Source: a virus
Taxonomy: Duplodnaviria; Heunggongvirae; Uroviricota; Caudoviricetes
Virus record (IMG/VR): IMGVR_UViG_2529292734_000006
Direction: 5' to 3' (one strand)
DNA length: 21,898 nt
Below the pieces are notes generated by a model. The model saw only the letters and a list, made by a program, of their open reading frames with translations, did no database searches and was not told where the DNA came from. A program made the position numbers and the translations under genes. How positions within the stretch are numbered: the stretch's first letter is position 1; each line of letters begins with the position of its first letter. Shown in pieces: positions 19,135-21,898 of this stretch.

Positions 19135-19878
19135 ATGACAGAGACAGAATCAGCGATTCTGGCGCACGCCCGGCGATGTGCGCCAGCGGAGTCGTGCGGC
19201 TTCGTGGTGAGAACACCGGAGGGGGAAAGATATTTTCCCTGCGTGAATATCTCCGGTGAGCCGGAGGAGTATTTCCGGATGTCGCCGGAGGACTGGCTGC
19301 GGGCAGAGATGCAGGGTGAGATTGTGGCGCTGGTCCACAGTCACCCCGGTGGTCTGCCCTGGCTGAGTGAGACCGACCGGCGGCTGCAGGTGCAGAGTGA
19401 TTTGCCGTGGTGGCTGGTTTGCCGGGGGGCGATTCACAAGTTCCGCTGTGTGCCACATCTTTCCGGGCGGCGCTTTGAGCACGGGGTGACGGACTGTTAC
19501 ACGCTGTTCCGGGATGCTTACCATCTGGCGGGGATTGAGATGCCGGATTTTCATCGCGAGGATGACTGGTGGCGTAACGGTCAGAATCTCTATCTGGATA
19601 ATCTGGAGGCTACAGGGCTGTATCAGGTGCCGTTGTCAGCGGCGCAGCCGGGCGATGTGCTGCTGTGCTGTTTTGGTTCATCGGTGCCGAATCATGCCGC
19701 CATTTACTGTGGTGACGGCGAGCTGCTGCACCATATTCCTGAACAACTGAGCAAACGAGAGAGGTACACCGACAAATGGCAGCGACGCACACACTCCCTC
19801 TGGCGTCACCGGGCATGGCACGCATCTGCCTTTACGGGGATTTACAACGATTTGGCCGCCGCATCGACCTTCGAGTGA
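19135..19878 (+). CDS. Tail assembly protein K (MPN/JAB metalloprotease plus NlpC/P60 peptidase domains)
   Basis: JAMM-type motif ALVHSHPGG...SETD and a downstream Cys/His pair (GVTDCYTLF, PNHAAIY); position between L and I. An alternative GTG start at 19126 overlaps the L stop. Confidence 0.8.
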   Translation: MTETESAILAHARRCAPAESCGFVVRTPEGERYFPCVNISGEPEEYFRMSPEDWLRAEMQGEIVALVHSHPGGLPWLSETDRRLQVQSDLPWWLVCRGAIHKFRCVPHLSGRRFEHGVTDCYTLFRDAYHLAGIEMPDFHREDDWWRNGQNLYLDNLEATGLYQVPLSAAQPGDVLLCCFGSSVPNHAAIYCGDGELLHHIPEQLSKRERYTDKWQRRTHSLWRHRAWHASAFTGIYNDLAAASTFE

Positions 19879-20424
19879 AAACGGGGTCCGAAGCCATCCG
19901 GGCGCTGGCCATGCAGATCCCGGCGTTTCGTCAGAAACTGAGCGACGGCTGGTACCAGGTACGCATTGCCGGGCGTGATGCAGGTGAAACCGAATTGTCT
20001 GCCCGTCTTAATGAGCCGCTGGCAAATGGTGCCGTGATCCACATCGTGCCGCGTCTGGCGGGAGCTAAAAGTGGCGGTGTGTTTCAGGTGGTGCTGGGGG
20101 CGGCGCTGATTGCGGTGGCATGGTGGAACCCTGTGGGCTGGCTGGGTGCCGCGGCTGTATCGGGCATGTATGCGGCAGGGGCCAGTATGATCCTGGGCGG
20201 AGTGGCGCAGATGCTGGCACCGAAAGCCAGGACGCCCACGGCAGCAAGTACAGATAACGGCAAAACAGAACACCTATTTCTCCTCACTGGATAACATGGT
20301 TGCCCAGGGCAATGTTCTGCCCGTTCTGTACGGTGAAATGCGCGTGGGGTCGCGGGTGGTCTCTCAGGAGATCAGCACGGCAGACGAAGGGGATGGTGGT
20401 CAGGTTGTGGTGATTGGTCGCTGA
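19776..20424 (+). pseudogene. Tail assembly protein I, with a +1 frame disruption at the A4 run 20262-20265
   Basis: The N-terminal 160 aa (MAATHTLPLASPGMARICLYGDLQRFGRRIDLRVKTG...) end prematurely at 20294. A different frame continues NTYFSSLDNMVAQGNVLPVLYGEMRVGSRVVSQEISTADEGDGGQVVVIGR to 20424. Both parts match lambda gpI as recalled; one extra A in ggcaaaacagaac explains the break. Confidence 0.75.
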
Positions 20425-20442
20425 TGAAAAACGTTTTATGTG

Positions 20443-20464
20443 AAACCGCCTCCGGGCGGTTTTG
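20443..20464 (+). terminator. Hairpin with T-rich tail in the I-J intergenic region (AAACCGCC-TCCG-GGCGGTTT), possible attenuator or terminator
   Basis: 8-bp stem and 4-nt loop followed by TTTTGTCGTTT, about 20 nt upstream of the J ribosome-binding site. Confidence 0.3.
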
Positions 20465-20484
20465 TCGTTTATGGAGCGTGAGGA

Positions 20485-21898
20485 ATGGGTAAAGGCAGCA
20501 GTAAGGGGCATACTCCGCGCGAAGCGAAGGACAACCTGAAGTCCACGCAGTTGCTGAGTGTGATCGATGCCATCAGCGAAGGGCCGGTTGAAGGTCCGGT
20601 GGATGGATTAAAAAGCGTGCTGCTGAACAGTACGCCAGTGCTGGACACTGAGGGGAATACCAACATCTCCGGCGTCACGGTGGTGTTCCGGGCCGGTGAG
20701 CAGGAGCAGACACCGCCGGAGGGATTTGAATCCTCCGGCTCCGAGGCGGTGCTGGGTACGGAAGTGAAATACGACACGCCGATCACCCGGACCATCACGT
20801 CGGCAAACATTGACCGACTGCGTTTTACCTTCGGCGTGCAGGCACTGGTGGAAACCACCTCAAAGGGGGACAGGAATCCGTCGGAAGTCCGCCTGCTGGT
20901 TCAGATACAACGTAACGGTGGCTGGGTGACGGAAAAAGACATCACCATTAAAGGCAAAACCACCTCACAGTATCTGGCCTCGGTGGTGGTGGGTAACCTG
21001 CCGCCGCGCCCGTTCAATATCCGGATGCGCAGGATGACGCCGGACAGCACCACAGACCAGCTGCAGAACAAAACGCTCTGGTCGTCATACACCGAAATCA
21101 TCGATGTGAAACAGTGCTACCCGAACACGGCACTGGTCGGCGTACAGGTGGATTCGGAGCAGTTCGGCAGCCAGCAGGTGAGCCGTAATTATCATCTTCG
21201 CGGGCGCATTCTGCAGGTGCCGTCGAACTATAACCCGCAGACGCGACAATACAGCGGTATCTGGGACGGAACGTTACAACCGGCATACAGCAACAACATG
21301 GCCTGGTGTCTGTGGGATATGCTGACCCATCCGCGCTACGGCATGGGGAAACGTCTTGGTGCGGCGGATGTGGATAAATGGGCGCTGTATGTCATCGGCC
21401 AGAATTGCGACCAGTCGGTGCCGGATGGCTTTGGTGGCACGGAACCGCGTATCACCTGTAATGCGTACCTGACCACGCAGCGCAAGGCGTGGGATGTGCT
21501 CAGTGATTTCTGCTCGGCGATGCGCTGTATGCCGGTATGGAACGGGCAGACGCTGACGTTCGTGCAGGACCGGCCATCGGATAAGGTGTGGACCTATAAC
21601 CGCAGTAATGTGGTGATGCCGGATGATGGCGCGCCGTTCCGCTACAGCTTCAGCGCCCTGAAGGACCGTCATAATGCCGTTGAGGTGAACTGGATTGACC
21701 CGAATAACGGCTGGGAGACGGCGACAGAGCTTGTGGAGGATACGCAGGCCATTGTCCGTTATGGTCGTAACGTCACGAAGATGGATGCCTTTGGCTGTAC
21801 CAGCCGGGGGCAGGCACACCGCGCCGGGCTGTGGCTGATTAAAACGGAGCTGCTGGAGACGCAGACCGTGGACTTCAGCGTGGGCGCAGAAGGGCTTC
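20485..21898 (+). CDS. Tail tip/host-specificity protein J, N-terminal 471 codons (continues beyond the window)
   Basis: MGKGSSKGHTPREAKDNLKSTQLLSVIDAISEGP... is near-identical to lambda gpJ as recalled; GAGG ribosome-binding site; the frame is open to the window end. Confidence 0.9.
   Translation, partial: MGKGSSKGHTPREAKDNLKSTQLLSVIDAISEGPVEGPVDGLKSVLLNSTPVLDTEGNTNISGVTVVFRAGEQEQTPPEGFESSGSEAVLGTEVKYDTPITRTITSANIDRLRFTFGVQALVETTSKGDRNPSEVRLLVQIQRNGGWVTEKDITIKGKTTSQYLASVVVGNLPPRPFNIRMRRMTPDSTTDQLQNKTLWSSYTEIIDVKQCYPNTALVGVQVDSEQFGSQQVSRNYHLRGRILQVPSNYNPQTRQYSGIWDGTLQPAYSNNMAWCLWDMLTHPRYGMGKRLGAADVDKWALYVIGQNCDQSVPDGFGGTEPRITCNAYLTTQRKAWDVLSDFCSAMRCMPVWNGQTLTFVQDRPSDKVWTYNRSNVVMPDDGAPFRYSFSALKDRHNAVEVNWIDPNNGWETATELVEDTQAIVRYGRNVTKMDAFGCTSRGQAHRAGLWLIKTELLETQTVDFSVGAEGL

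Noticed and set aside
18482-19456. 324-aa ORF on the - strand
   Set aside because: Antisense to the well-supported L and K genes; Ala/Pro/Arg-rich low-complexity translation typical of a spurious GC-rich antisense frame.

Overview
This window is the late region of a lambda-like (lambdoid, siphovirus-type) prophage from an enterobacterial, probably Escherichia/Shigella, genome, with all phage genes on the + strand. From left to right: (1) a partial IS66-family insertion sequence on the - strand (orfA, orfB and a frameshifted tnpC running off the left edge), inserted immediately upstream of the lysis genes; (2) a lysis cassette with a SAR endolysin and Rz/embedded Rz1 spanins, but no holin between the IS and the endolysin; (3) an AT-rich accessory module of small genes (CspA-family cold-shock protein, a 51-aa ORF, GnsB-like protein, a 68-aa unknown ORF) followed by about 0.5 kb of non-coding DNA containing a candidate cos site; (4) terminase small and large subunits, gpW-like protein, portal, a single ORF fusing ClpP-like prohead protease, scaffold and major capsid protein, then head-completion proteins; (5) a lambda-type tail module Z-U-V-G-T-H-M-L-K-I-J, with J running off the right edge. 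Gene order, overlapping stop/start junctions and recalled similarity to lambda U, V, G, H, M, L, I and J support these calls; no database search was possible. Three genes (IS66 tnpC, tape measure H, tail protein I) carry single-base frame disruptions in short homopolymer contexts, so the element is either a decaying prophage or the assembly has indel errors. I found no CRISPR array, tRNA or rRNA, and no convincing novel multi-gene system; the least explained DNA is the accessory region at about 3.1-5.56 kb.
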